From the NCBI GenBank assembly GCA_021613535.1, contig CP075493.1, forward strand, positions 6,510,001 to 6,574,000: a stretch of DNA of 64,000 nucleotides, read 5' to 3'. Shown here one piece after another: positions 12,223 to 26,093 of this stretch. This stretch comes from Adineta vaga. Lineage: Eukaryota > Animalia > Rotifera. Each line of letters begins with the position of its first letter. Positions within the stretch are counted from its first letter, which is position 1. A program made the position numbers and the translations under genes. Below the pieces are notes generated by a model. That model ran no database searches. It worked only from the letters and a program-made list of their open reading frames with translations, and was not told the DNA's origin.

Positions 12223-15104
12223 TCAAAAAGCCGTCGTTCCATTCCATCCATTGAGAAAATACTGTTGACTATCGACAATAACCGATGTATGATGATAAGG
12301 ATGTTCTGGTTGATAATTATTTGTTGAAGAATAAAAATCAAGTTTATCAGATGAAAAATTCGGTTCATAATCAATCAAAGATAGATGATGATGGTGATGA
12401 TGATGATGTTCATTATCTAGACGTAATCGTTTATTATTAATATCATATGTTGATATTCTCTTCGGATCATAATAGATCGATTCATCGGAATGATGAAATG
12501 GATGCGAATAATTACTAGTTGCTGCTGCTGCATACAGTGCAAAATTCGAATAATTTGTTGGAGGATTCTGAGAATAATAAGGTTCATCTGTATTGTAACA
12601 GATTGTTGATGAGTAATCATCGGCTATCGCTGGATTCAGATCAGTTTTTGTCGAAGAAAATTTCCGTTGTTTAATAGAACGATTAGGTTTAAGAATTTTT
12701 GTACAACTACGATTTGATGTTGATGAAGATGTGGAATTTAAACTCGTATTTGTAGATGAACATTTTTCATTATCAAGTGAATTTGTCATCAATGTTTGAC
12801 TGGAACGAAGATAATCCGATGGAGATTTTTCAATTTGATCAATTGATAATTGCAAATGTTTAGCTTCGATGTCACTAAATTAGTTTTTTATATTGAATAC
12901 AATAAAATAAAATCTAAAAGAAATTTACCTAAGTGCATAATTTACACTGACAATAACTTCAGGACGTGATGATCGATTGTTATGAACTAGTGTTGCATAG
13001 CTTTGCACTAAAATTCAAGAAATGATTGTTTGATATAAAGAAATCAATAGATAGAACTTACTCCATATCCAACCGCCATTTTTTGCCAAAAAACGATAAT
13101 AACGAGTTGTCACTTGTCCTTTAGTAAGTACTAAACATAAATATTTCTTTTACTAATATGAATGATATTAAAGAAAAGCTTTTTATAACAATCAACTCTG
13201 AATATAAAAAAATATCTTATCAAACTACATCGTACATATTTCATTCTGACTATGAATAGAATAGACAACAGAGGATCGATCCTACAGCGATACTAAACTA
13301 TATATGTATATGAATTGCTACTCTACGTACAAAGTTGATGAGCCCATTTTAATGCCATTAAATCTTGTGTATGTACATAATGATACAAACTTCGATCGAC
13401 TAGATCTTGTGGTTCATATCCTGTTATTTGTAATACTCTATAATTAAACAATAGAACAAAATAAACATTCATGAGCATTCTCTTACCTCGAATCAAGAAA
13501 TAATAATTTCAAATCTTGACCAGCTCGAAACATAAACATATTTGAATAAAGGCGAATTTCTGTTATTGAACAACTCGGTAATGAATATCCGTAGGCAACA
13601 AGACCAACATTTTGATAACAACCATCACTAGTATTCATATTATTTGTTGGACCATAACATGATAATGTATCCAAATTAAATTGTTTGACTTTTAAATAAC
13701 CTGAACAATGAATAACTTTAAAACCACTTGCTGTAAGACCAGCATTTCGTTTTGGCAAAACACATTTCATTCGTATAAAAAAAGAACGTTCAATTTCATA
13801 TTCACTATTATTTGTGCAATATGTTGGCAAGGGTGCCGTTAAAACATTCGCCATTTCTTCATGATCAATTGGATGAATATATTCATAGATTGAATTTCCA
13901 GTTAATTCAACTTGAGATAAACCTAAATGGGTCGATGCTGTTTCAGAAATATACATAATTTTGCCATCAGGACCAATAACAAATAAAAATCCATCAAGAA
14001 TCTAATCGAAAGAAAATATCATAAACAAAAAGATCATCACATCATTCATTTAGAAATACTTGAGTTAATTGGCCATTGATTTCACGTTCAATTGTTGTTT
14101 GTGATAAGGATCTTGAACCCCATGTTCCACCAAGACCTATAATACATCGATATCAATATTCGATTTCCATTTATAATCAGGTAAATAGCGGTAACGAAAA
14201 AGCTCATCATCTATGTGTGAATTTTTCTTTTCAATATCTGATGCGTTACCGGAGAAAAACATCCGGATTCATTTTCAAACTGATCTGATCAAAGCAAGAA
14301 GAGAAGAAACGATTGGAACCAATATAATTTCATCTTCGTCGTCTTTTTAATATCTCGAGTTGTCATGCTCAGCAAACAAACTCTTGCCATTCTAATTGTT
14401 CCTCTTTCTCTCTCTCGAATTACACGAGAAAATGAATTCTTTTAATTTAATTAAAATGTATACACCCTCATCTATTGTGCTTATCTAATCATATCTATTA
14501 TTGATTCTAATATAAATATTTTTTGCTTTTCGAAAAATTCAATTTCATGAATCGTACGATTTAAATCAATAATATAGATTTTGATGTAATCATTTCTATT
14601 CAAACGAATATTAGTCAGGATGTAAATACAAACAAACAAACTATCAAATCGATTGATCTAAGCTTTAGCATTCGAAACACTCTTTTTTTTCTTCTTCTCT
14701 TCTCTCGTGTCGTTCGCACAGTTCATCGATGAGGCAAAACAATTCTAACGAATGTTGACTAGAACGTTGATTATACAATATTTAAGCAGTTCTTAGAATA
14801 TCAGTCATGGTTGAAAATGATGGCTAACAAAATTTGATTGATGAATATGTTAAAAATCTCAAGATTGTGTCAATGACATCATCATAGCGGGTGGAATATA
14901 TGAAAATTCGTTCAGGACCATTAACTTACCTTCGGGTATGATTGTACGCATTTTAAGATAACTTGTGGTTAATCGAATAACTGATGCTTTATCCAGTTGA
15001 TCAGTAATTGCATGTGGTAATGGTAAAAGTTTGGCTAATTCTAAGAATTCAGCATTTTCTTTTTCACGTCGACTTCTTGCTGCATTCTTCGATTTTTCTT
15101 TCAT
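12223..15104 (-). CDS. sim: Single-minded bHLH-PAS transcription factor
   Basis: [53 protein letters not shown] (Sim bHLH), [48 protein letters not shown], and [43 protein letters not shown]. Confidence 0.96.
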
Positions 15105-18100
15105 AGCTTCGATTCTATTCACAAGAAGAAGAAAAAAAAGGCAAATGATGAGTACGAAAAGCAACTAGTGAGAAAAACAATAATTAATCATAGGACAAGA
15201 AAAAAAAAGAGAAACTTGAACTCACACGAATTTGTGAAAAAGAATTGAAAATTAGAAAAGGTGTGACGATAAGGTAACGAATACTAATCTATCTATTGTC
15301 TTCGTTTAACCACAGGAGGTGTTTTTTCTCTCTTTTTCGAAGAATAACTTTACTTGTTGTCACATCGAAACTATAGACGCGTTGATGATCATGAAAATGA
15401 ATGAATTTATCTCGAATGAAGCAAAAAAAACGAGATTTGATAGAGAGAAAAAAAGAATCATCAGGAAACAAATTAGCATTGTTAACTAAAAAAAACGAGA
15501 GTTAGATATACTACTCGAATACATTCATGTCATTTAACACGCACACATCAGGTCTATTTTTATTTCAAAGAAGTTCAATATCTTTCTCTTGCGCTAATTG
15601 ACTCAATTTTATCAACGAAATTCAATGCTTGTTAAAAAGAGAAGAAAAGTACTTACTGGAAAAAGAAGAAGAAGAAGAAGAAGATTTTGTCTTGGGATTG
15701 ATTAGTAAATAAAATAACAACGGTTTATTAATATGATGCACATGAAATGTCTGTCATTTTTTTCTCTTTCTATTGCTCGTTTCATTCTTGGGTGAGAAGA
15801 TTTGTTTTATCTATGTCCGTTATACTTGCATTTCTATTCGTTCTTTTCCTCTCTCTCACTCTCTTTCTCTCAAGTGTGTGTGTGTGCGCGCGCGCGCCTC
15901 ATATTGATAGGCTCGTATTCGTTCACGATATCAAGCATTTCTTTCTTTTTTTTTTTTATTAAATTAAACTTGTAAGTAAGAACAGTGATTGATCAAAAGT
16001 TATCGTGACAACTTTTACGCGAGTGCGAGTAAAGAATACGATTTATTTTCTCAACTATTACTGTTTTTAAACTGAATGACTTTCTTCTAATGATCCTATA
16101 TATATATGTTTAAAGGTAATGTAATAAATATAGAATAAGATAAAGTATATAGAAAATTGGCATGTGCTCTTCGTATAATTGACCTTTCAGATCTAATATC
16201 TCTCGCACTTGAGCATGACGAAATCTCGTTAAGCTATAAATGAAGATGAATAGTTTATTTGTCTGCTCTATCTCTTTTCAGTAGCATTTCTCTGACTGTT
16301 TTTGATTGATTTATTCAAAAGTATAATGTTAACTTTTCTCACATCAATCGAATACATGTATCGGCAATGATAAATAAAGAAAAGGAATTAGAAGGAGATT
16401 AATGCAATGAACTAACAAGTTGAACTTGAAAACAAAACAAACGGTAGTTCAATCTCTTAACAAACGAACACAATATTCATTACCTTTTTTGTTCAAAATT
16501 TCTTATACAATTACTTGAACTATTTTAAAAAAGAAGTTTTTTTTCTTAACTCCATGGTTTTTTTCCCTATATATCTGATTACAATAGACACAGTATTTTG
16601 CATATATTATAAAATCTTGTTGTTTTGACATTAACACATCAGAGAATGTTTGTCAATTGAAAAACAGAGCTACCTATATAGATGACAACGATGAAAAGTA
16701 AATATTAAGATTTCAATAAAAAGAGAGCATTGATCAATCGAGCTAGTCATAGATTAAGAGAAAGTCAACATAATTATTACAGAAGAGAATATAGATGAAC
16801 GAAACGCGTGGCAGACAAAATATTCTATGGGTTTGAAATTTGCATGCGAATCACTTGAACAATATATACGTTGAAGCAATTATTTTTTATTACTGAAATT
16901 TAATCAGAAAGGAAATTTCATTAATTTACATTTTGTATGGACAAGTTTTTTCACAAATGTTAGATGAAAAATCATGGCTGTTCAAAAATCTAAAGTGAGA
17001 TACATCGGCGTGATCTACAATTTGCTTTATTTGATTGATGAACAAGGACATTCATTTTCTGCTAGAAGAATAAGCATCCGTATCCTTTACCGAGAGGACG
17101 CTGATCGTTCAATAACGACTTTATGTATGTACATACGTATATCCTGAAGAGGGATCCACTTATTGATAGATATTTAAGAGCATAAACTTTTATGAAATAA
17201 CTATAGATTCATCATGATGCTTTTTGGATGAAGAAAACTCAATCGATTCTGATTTAGATAGTGAGTAAATGATGGACATTTGATAAAATGTAAGGTGAAA
17301 TTCCTGTTTAGTTAACTTGTTTTGCGAATTGTAATTAATTTATATGAATCTACAAAGTATTGAGTATATGGATTTTAAAGCTAAAAATAGATCATGTTTC
17401 CTCGTGTAATGTAGCATCGATAAACAATTAGAATGAAAAAAAAGAATAATCAATCATCCAGAAGTCACGTTCTGTCATTATTCTTACTTCTCAAAATGTA
17501 GTTAAAAGATCAGTCATTATTAAACGATTAAGTCATTAGTACAAACTCAAACAGCGACTAAAATATTATTGGTAAATACGAGTGTATAAATCTTTCTAAT
17601 TGATCAAATAGTAACTAGTTAAAAAACCATTTTGAAAAAGTTTTCAATTGAACTGAAAGACTTCTCAATTGTGACAAAATTAACCATTAATAATCTTTCA
17701 GAAGTTATTTCTCATGAATTGAAATAAATTCAACGCTCTCATTCCATCTTCATTGATCAAAAAAAAGATCATAATCGAAACTTCTGAAGTCGATTTCGAG
17801 CAGATGATGTTGGTTAAAAATTCAGCAAAAAATAAAGTAGAAATAAGTACTATACCTGTCAATATCATTGGCAATCATGTTTGTCTCGTCACTCGAATGC
17901 ATTTGATGAATAAATGTTCTATTATCGTTGTTTGTATCGATCATCGGTTTTTCGTGCTTCAACATAGAAATGATCAGTAAGAAGATTTTTGTGTACAGCA
18001 CACAATCACATGATGATTGTATTCAAGTAAACAATCGTTGGTTGATTGCTCGTTTAACTAGTTTGTCAAAATAGTGTTGTCGACGAATCACGTTCGACAA

Positions 18101-19079
18101 AGTTCAACGTCCGTTCTCTATTTAGCTGTTTAACTTTTGTTTTACCGCTAATGGGGAAAGGGAAGAGACTTATTATTCTCTCTCTCTCTTTCACTTTTCT
18201 TCCGATAGAAAAAAGAAGACTAATGACAATATTTAATCTCTAGCAAAGGGGCGGAGTACACACATAGACATAATGAACACAAAAGAAAGAGAAGATGAGG
18301 AAAAAAGTTGATTTTCTACCAATCATATACAAGAGAATTGACCAATGAAAGGAACGAAGAATTTAATATCAATGAGAAAATAATTATGTTGAATTTCTTC
18401 TGAAAAGATTTTATTTCATCTCCAACTCACACTATGGTCATATCGAGTAAATATGACACCGCGATAGTAGTATCATCATCATTAAATGTTCATTCTTCTC
18501 TTGTTGATTGAACATGACAAATTCTTAATGTCTTTTGCTTACCTACGAAATTGCGAAAGAGAAAGAACGAGAGAACATTAGAAATTTCTTGCTTCTTTAG
18601 ATGTTGAATGTGAAATGGGAAACTGTTTGTCAACCATTTACCTATGCCATCAATTGTATGATTTCTCTTACGATACGATATGTGACACAAACAGGATGTA
18701 GAAAGTTTAAACATCCGTTGTTTAGGGAAAAACATATTCTCCGGAAAGCTAATATGGATAACACTTCTTCACACCTAAATATTATCAATTGTAATTATCA
18801 CAATAATAACAAAAAAGGAACTTCTTAAATTTTCTTCTTCTACTATCAGACAACAAGATGAAGTTTATCATTAGATTCCGAGAAAGAATGACATCATTCA
18901 ATTAAACTTCGTATGTCAAAATGGTATAGGTATAGTAAAATCCAGATGAATACAATGATCAACTTCATTGAAAGTTTTTAATATGTCCGATCTTATATGT
19001 TTCATTAGGAAATAATGAAAACAGAAATTCAATTATGAATATGAAGATTCAACAACATAGAAAGTAATTTTATTCTGTA

Positions 19080-22000
19080 TTATGAATTGTTTACAGAAGA
19101 ATGACAAAAAGCACAAATATCAACATGAGCCATTTCATTTTCTAATGCTCGATGTTTACATGCTGGACAGATCCAAAAAGCATATTCAATAATTGGTCGA
19201 CCCGTTACAATACATGGTGGAAAACGCCAGTCACACGATGGACAATTTAAACACCTAAACATACAAAATTTTATCATCAAGATATCAAAAAATCGACTCA
19301 GAATTCATTCTATGAGTGAAAAGTGTATTAAATTCCTATTTCTACTAAACATTCATTTGATTACATACCAATCATTAATTCTATTGCTACATTGTGGACA
19401 TTGTCCCGAGAGTAAAGGACGTTTGTCTTTTGGTTGCGAACTAAAAGATTAATAATAAAAGTAAAAAAAGATGATGTCTTAAGAGAATAAAATAAAATGT
19501 ATATATACACACACAAAAGAAATAGAATTAACAGAATCAAAGAGATTTACTAAAATATCCTTTAATTCCAACGACAAATGTTACGAGTATTGTCATAATT
19601 AAAACTCCAATAATCATACCACCAAAAACATAAGTAAGAATTAAATTCGTATGTAAACGATTCGATCGTCTTCTTGCTTCATCTTGAAATTTTTCATTAT
19701 TCTTTTTTAATAGTTGTCGAATTTTTAATGATTGAAATAGACATACGATGCCAGCGATCATCCAAAAACAAGTTATACAAGCAAATAATGATGCTTTAAA
19801 ATAATCTTTTATAGGTGCTTCTTGAATGATCGGATGTTTTTTTGTCGAAGATTTTTTCTTATCAAAACAATAAGATCGATCAGATTTTGGTGATGATTCC
19901 ATTATTGGTACTCGATAATCTTCTTGATCATTTCGATAGGAATTGCTTTCAAAAACATGATTTATATAAGAATTCTTCTCCAAATTTTGTACTTGAAGTG
20001 GTTGTTGATTAGATTGTTTCATTGATAAATGGCAAATCGAACGTGACTTGTCGTGCAATACTTTCTTTTCAATACGAAAAAGAAGAAGAAGAAGAAGAAA
20101 AAAACAGCAGAAGATAATAACATTACAAAAGGTGCGAAGAAATAAAAAGAAAAAGAAAAAGAAAAAGAAAATAGCAAAAAACGATCTTGATCTAGTATTT
20201 TTCTTCTCTTTCTTTTCGATTGTAATCTCTTGACATACCTAAGAAAGATTTGAAAGGCCAATTTTTGATATTCTTTTCGATCTTCTTCATTTATTGATGG
20301 ATCATCTTCAAGTTTAAGAAAAGCTTTACTTGCTGTATTAAATGCACCACATGATGTTGCACAAAGTGCTAAATATGAAATTAAAAACAATTGATTAATA
20401 GTTTTGTCCCTCAAGGTAATCGAACTACGAAAAACAAAGATTCTTATCAAGTACCTATAAGATTGTAAATTGTTTGAACAGGAAGAATGTCTTCATATTC
20501 AGTTAAAGTAAGTGCACATCGTAATGCTCCATCGGCATTATTCGTTTTATATTGTTGTTGAGCAAGTATATAGAAATGATAGGCTTCAGCAGGACGCCAA
20601 ACATTATCGAGTAATTGTGTATCAGATACACCACCTGAACCTGTTGTTTCTTCTGTTAATAAACCTTGTAGAGCTTCTGATGCCTAAATAAGAATATTTT
20701 TTTCCAAAATTTATTCGAACAAGTTATGAAATACATACTGATATAGCTGCCGTCGATTTCTTTTCCTTTCGTGATGTTGTTTTCATTGCTGTACGATATT
20801 TTTCAATAAGTAATCCACATAGAATATACATTTTTTTCTTCATTAATAATGGATGATTTTCTTTACTATGATTTTCTGCAATCTAAATATGTCGAGATCG
20901 AACGAAAGAAACTTGTCTATGAGATCTAATACAGATGCTTACTTCATAGAGAATTTTTGCAGCTTCTAAATAATTCGCAGATTTTTTATATAATTCAATT
21001 GCATCGAATGGTTTATTTTGGCTAAGTAATGTTTTAGCTTGACGAGTTAATAATGTTTTAACATCATTCATATTATATTGACGAGCTAATTCAATACCCA
21101 TATCCCATTGACTGAATTCAATACACATTTGAACAGCTTCTTGTATTCGATTGCACTAAATAATAAGATAAATTTTCTTATCTTTCTTTAAATAAAGTTT
21201 ATTTTAAAGTTTCTTACTCGTTTATATGCATTAACAGCTTGATCAGAAAGACCAACACTTCCAAACGTATCGCCAATTGGCTATAGGATATAATGATGAA
21301 AAATAATGATCAATGAAAAAACAAGGTCTACTTTAAGTAATGGATCATTATCTTGTAATGATTGACTAAGTTTTTGTAGAGCAACATAATCTTCTGTTAA
21401 AGCATAACAACGATATGCTTGAGAATTATTTCCACTTTGTTCATAATACTTTGCTGCTGTAGCCCTGAAAGAGTATGGAATGTTTAAAAAAATAAATACA
21501 ACGAAATCAAACGTACCATTGTTGACGATCAAAATAAAAGTCACCTAATTCATTCCATGCTTCGTTTTGCATTGCATCACTTGCTACCGCACCTGATTGA
21601 AGAATTTGTACAACACGAAACCAATCACCTAATTTTCGACGTAATTGATAAGCTAAATCTCTAAAGAAAATTTAATCATTTAATCAGTTGTCGGATTTTT
21701 CGAATTATCAAATATACTTTCGATCCATATCTATATAGATCTTTTCGACTTCTTCGTCATGCTTGAGAAATGCTGCAATTTCTGCACGTTTAAATTGTTC
21801 TCCCTGTAGAAAAGTCAACAAATTATTTTTATCGAAAAATTCGTTTGAAAAATAAGTATTCACTTGAAATTGTTGTAAACGTCGTAAGAATTGTAAACCA
21901 TAATAATCATGAATTTTAACAAAAGCATGTTCAGCGACTTTTATATCTAAATGATTTAATGCTGCTTCTCCAAGTGCACGCCTAAAATCCAAATTTTTTC

Positions 22001-24843
22001 TCTATTAATTTATTCATAAGAAAATGTTTACCATAATTGTGGATGTGGATCTTTCTCGATCAAAGTGCTCACTTGTTCTAATGGTAATTTTTCACAAGCT
22101 GTTTTCATATCTCTCAATATCTTAAGAAACAAAATAAAGATAAACATTATTTATGGAACTAATTTTACTTTATTGTCATAAATTGTTAGATAATCTGCTG
22201 ATGGAGCTTGAACACCTCGTAAATGCATTTTCATAATTTCATCCAACATAACAACTTTAACTTGTAGATTACTATAATCACATACATAACCTGAACAAGG
22301 TACAGCTTCTTCGGTTTCTGTTCCACGTACAAATGAGATTTTTGTTTTTTCCATAATTGCAAATGAATCCGGAAGATCCTAAAAGAAATTGATTAGAAAA
22401 TTCTATAGAAAAGAAGAACTTACATTAGCCCAAACAACATTCCAAACATCACTTTTTTTAAAATTTGTTATATCATCTCGTGGTTCTTTACTTTCCATGT
22501 CAATTAACATACAATTTCCATTCGTATCAATCACAGACATTAATCTATACAATAATCATTAAGTGAATAAAGTTTAAAAATCAATCAAATACAAACGTTG
22601 CTATTGAATTCAGTGCAATTTTACTGATACGAAATTGACATTCAATCTTTTCCATTAAAGAACATGCTGGAAGAGAATAACGAAGTACAAGACCAGATAA
22701 TCGAGCCTAGACGATTTATTTTTAATTCATAAGAATCACATTCAATCTAACTTACCACAAAAATCCATTTATCTGATCCACATACACTTGTGATTGGATC
22801 ATCCGTTTCCTATGAACAAAGAAAAAAATGTCCAGATACGAAATCAATAGGTTATCGTTTACCATGCTGTCTACATTTGCCATTAGACTCAATTGAAGTT
22901 CATCACCATGTCGAACTGTAGCTGGATCGTCAATTTGAATGAATCTGTAATCATCAGAGTCCTCAAATCAGTCTTCTCAACAACTGTCCTTACCGTTCGA
23001 ATGGTTGTTTTTTCACCATTTGCGCTCCAACAAAACCACCAATACCCCAAATGAAAATTAATGATTTCGCTGCAATAATTGCATAACTTTGCGTTACACA
23101 AATATGTACCGGTTGAAATGGAACATATTTGGATTCAATAGTAACACCAATTGCATTACATAATAAGATAACATGTGTATCGGGAACTGTACTATTTACT
23201 GGTGGTGCTACATGTTCAACAAGAGCTCCAATACAACAATATGAACCATAACCACCAATACCTAATAAATTTCGAACGTATCGATAATGAACCTTGAATA
23301 GAGAGTAGAGGATTATTTTTATTTGAATAAACAATCGTATACTTCATTTGTTTTGTTATTCCAAAAGACGACAATATGTTCGGGTCGAGTACATGTATAG
23401 AATGAATAGATTACTGTATCTTGAATATAACACCACTATGGATAAAAAAATCAAGATAAAATGAGAATATAGAAGAAGAAAGTATTACCTTATAATCTAA
23501 TCGACAATTAGCAAAATAGATAAAATTATCAATTGCAATTACAAGTCGAAGTGAATGAGCTTCCCATGCACAATCAGAAATACTTTTTCCAGTGACTTTT
23601 AATGAACGTAAATGCTACAAAAAAGAATTCTTTCAAAATTCAATTTTTCCATCACTTTTTTCTCATCTACCTCTCCCCATGGTGTATAGAAATTAACAAA
23701 ATTATGTGTTTTATCTCCTGTTGCTTGATAACCAGCAACAGCTAACATTGAACCATTATCATTCCATTTAACAGATACAACATGCATATCAACATCCAGA
23801 ATAATTGGTGATGGATCATCTTCTCTAGTCATTAATTGCATTGCACCGTTTTCATAACATATTACCAAACTTTTGCTATTGGCAGACATTAGACCATTAC
23901 TACCATCGTACCATTGAATAGCAGCAATTTCAGCAGATGGAACACCTTCACGAATACAAAAGATTTGTATTGGAGCCTGACAAAAAGAAAAATGTTTTTT
24001 TAAAAATACTTATCAATAAGTTCTTTGTCTTTAACGTACGATATAATTAAGTTTAACGTCATATACTTGAATTTCACCACGAACAAAACCAAATAGTAAT
24101 AGACGACTATCAGGCGACCACTACAATAGAAAAAACAATATCATTCATTCATAGTTAAAAAGACATCTTAATCTAGGACGATTGTTTTACTTCAACTTTT
24201 GCTAATTTATTTTTTAAACTTTTCCCAGCTATTCGTGATCCTTCAACTGATCCAATAATAACATTTCCTAAATAGAATAAGACAAATATATATATATAAA
24301 CAAAAATACTTTTGGTATTTTAGTTACCATCTTCATGTCCAATACAAATCATTTGTCCACTAGAAAGAAAAACGATAATTATCGCAATATAATTCCATAA
24401 AAACTAACGTAGAATTCCATTTCATATCACTAATACGATTTTTCGTTCGATTATTAAGCATATCTTGAACGAATTCATTCTGAGGACCATCAACCCAAAC
24501 AATAACTGTACCACTAGCATCAGCAGTTGTTAATTTTCCAAACCGTTCATTCCATGCAATACTTGATATAGCACTTGAATGACCTTCTAATGTTTGATTT
24601 TTTGTTAATTGTGCTTGTCCAGCAACACCACGTGCACGTGCATCTCCATCTAAATAATTTCATTTATTTTTAAAGGTAATAATGAGTAGATTCATTCTTA
24701 CCTTCAGGTATTTCTAACTTAAGAACTTTAACAAGACCATCAGCACAACCAGCTGAAACGTAGCCATCTACTGCATTCCATCCACATTTTGTTACTGGCG
24801 TTTCGCCAGGCATTGCAATACGTTTAGCCAAATGAACAAACAT
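19080..24843 (-). CDS. WDR35: WD repeat protein 35 / IFT121 (IFT-A complex)
   Basis: MFVHLAKRIAMPG...GLVKVLKLE...GVAGQAQLTKNQTLEGHSS, WD repeats, TPR-like region (HPQLWRALGEAAL, LRRKLGDWFRV, WRPAEAYHFYILAQ), and C-terminal Zn-ribbon FPPCIVTGRPI...WICPACKH...CAFCH. About 25 exons. Confidence 0.95.
19537..20022 (-). CDS. CD225/dispanin (IFITM/PRRT-like) membrane protein, single exon, nested in a WDR35 intron
   Basis: Open frame from ATG 20022 (MKQSNQQ...), about 161 aa. Polar N-terminus followed by the CD225 pattern KDYFKASLFACITCFWMIAGIVCLFQSLKIR...EARRRS and a second hydrophobic helix LILTYVFGGMIIGVLIMTILVTFVV. Lies entirely inside WDR35 intron 19441-20238. Confidence 0.75.
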   Translation of the reverse strand: MKQSNQQPLQVQNLEKNSYINHVFESNSYRNDQEDYRVPIMESSPKSDRSYCFDKKKSSTKKHPIIQEAPIKDYFKASLFACITCFWMIAGIVCLFQSLKIRQLLKKNNEKFQDEARRRSNRLHTNLILTYVFGGMIIGVLIMTILVTFVVGIKGYFSKSL

Positions 24844-25082
24844 GATTTAATTGAACTATGTTCTAAAATAAAAACTGACTGTGACGAGTCGTTTCTTCTT
24901 CTTCTTCTATGCCATAAGAATCGATAAATATGCTTTTGTATCCTAACAACGATGCCTATCTTTGCCATTATATGATTGGTGGATGTTTTCTCCAATAGAA
25001 AAGATGTATAAATGTTTAGTGGTGTATGTATGGAAGGATCGTTTATTTTGTTTTTTTCGCTTCACTTTCAAACACAATCAAC

Positions 25083-25407
25083 ATGCAGTATTGGCGTTTA
25101 GCTGGTTTAAAGTTCGTTTTATTTCGAAATTTCAATTGATATATTCATATTTTTAACTATAGTTATATTCAATATTCGGCAGTGTGCGCACGTACACTTC
25201 GTCGTTGTCTAAAATCATCTGCAGCAAAAGAAGCAATGAAACGTGAAGAATCATATGTTCGCGTTAATAAGTGGCAAGGTGGAAAACTCACCGATCTACT
25301 TCATCCAGCTAGTAAGCGAATCAACGATATTCTTTTATTTAAATCAATACATCTTGTCATACTTCTTCGTTTCTTTTTTTTGTTTAGAAGCAGAACAAAC
25401 ATCATAG
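25083..25407 (+). CDS. ATP5F1E: Mitochondrial ATP synthase subunit epsilon (stunted-like)
   Basis: Three exons (25083-25111, 25163-25311, 25388-25407) splice to MQYWRLAGLNYIQYSAVCARTLRRCLKSSAAKEAMKREESYVRVNKWQGGKLTDLLHPAKAEQTS*, carrying the WRxAGLxYIxYS signature. Only partly visible in the ORF track. Confidence 0.92.
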
Positions 25408-26093
25408 AAGAAATCTAGCAAATCATCCACATGGACTTCAATGACACTTCTTTTTCCTCCCTAGACTACACTGTTCCCTTTCTACTTGTTTTCTAAAATA
25501 GAAAATAAACTTTATTACTTTTCCCGTTAAAATCACATACATTGATATTATAATGAAAGATAAACAAGTTATATTCATACATAAAATTACAAATATATAG
25601 TGAAGAAAAAAACAAAACAAAAGAAATCAATTAGTATTATTCTCTAATTGAAATACTTGTAAACTGAATGATTTGATATATGTTACAAATGTTGAATTGA
25701 AATAGCGTCCTTTATTTATATTTGTATGTAACAGATGTCGATTCTCTATTTCTTTCTCATTTTAATGTCGAAACGATAGGATAATATTGGTTTTCTGCAC
25801 AGGAATCATCACGTATGTAAATGTTTGCTAATTGAAAAGAAACCTTTATATTATTCTCACTTTAATTATTGAAATTATCATATTGATTTAAACGTGTCAT
25901 TACGTTATCTGCTTGTAGTTAAAATGCGTAATGAGATATGCTGATAAGAAGAGAAATTTCATACAGAAAAGAAGTGATTCATTTCGAGTTCTATTAGTGT
26001 GTTGACGACTAGAGATGCATTAGTTCTGTTAGATAAACATTTTAAACATTTTCTTCCATAAAAATTAGTATTTCAATCGACATATTTTGAACG

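Noticed and set aside
16974-17147. 57-codon ORF (MAVQKSK...) overlapping a TGATGA...CTGA pair
   Set aside because: Intergenic, weak terminal stem, no C'/D' boxes or recognisable guide, and no recognisable protein similarity.
18431-18467. Hairpin GTCATAT-N7-ATATGAC with a short outer stem
   Set aside because: Too short and AT-rich to distinguish from chance.
24795-24810. CTGGCG-TTT-CGCCAG terminator-like hairpin
   Set aside because: Lies within WDR35 coding sequence of a eukaryotic gene.
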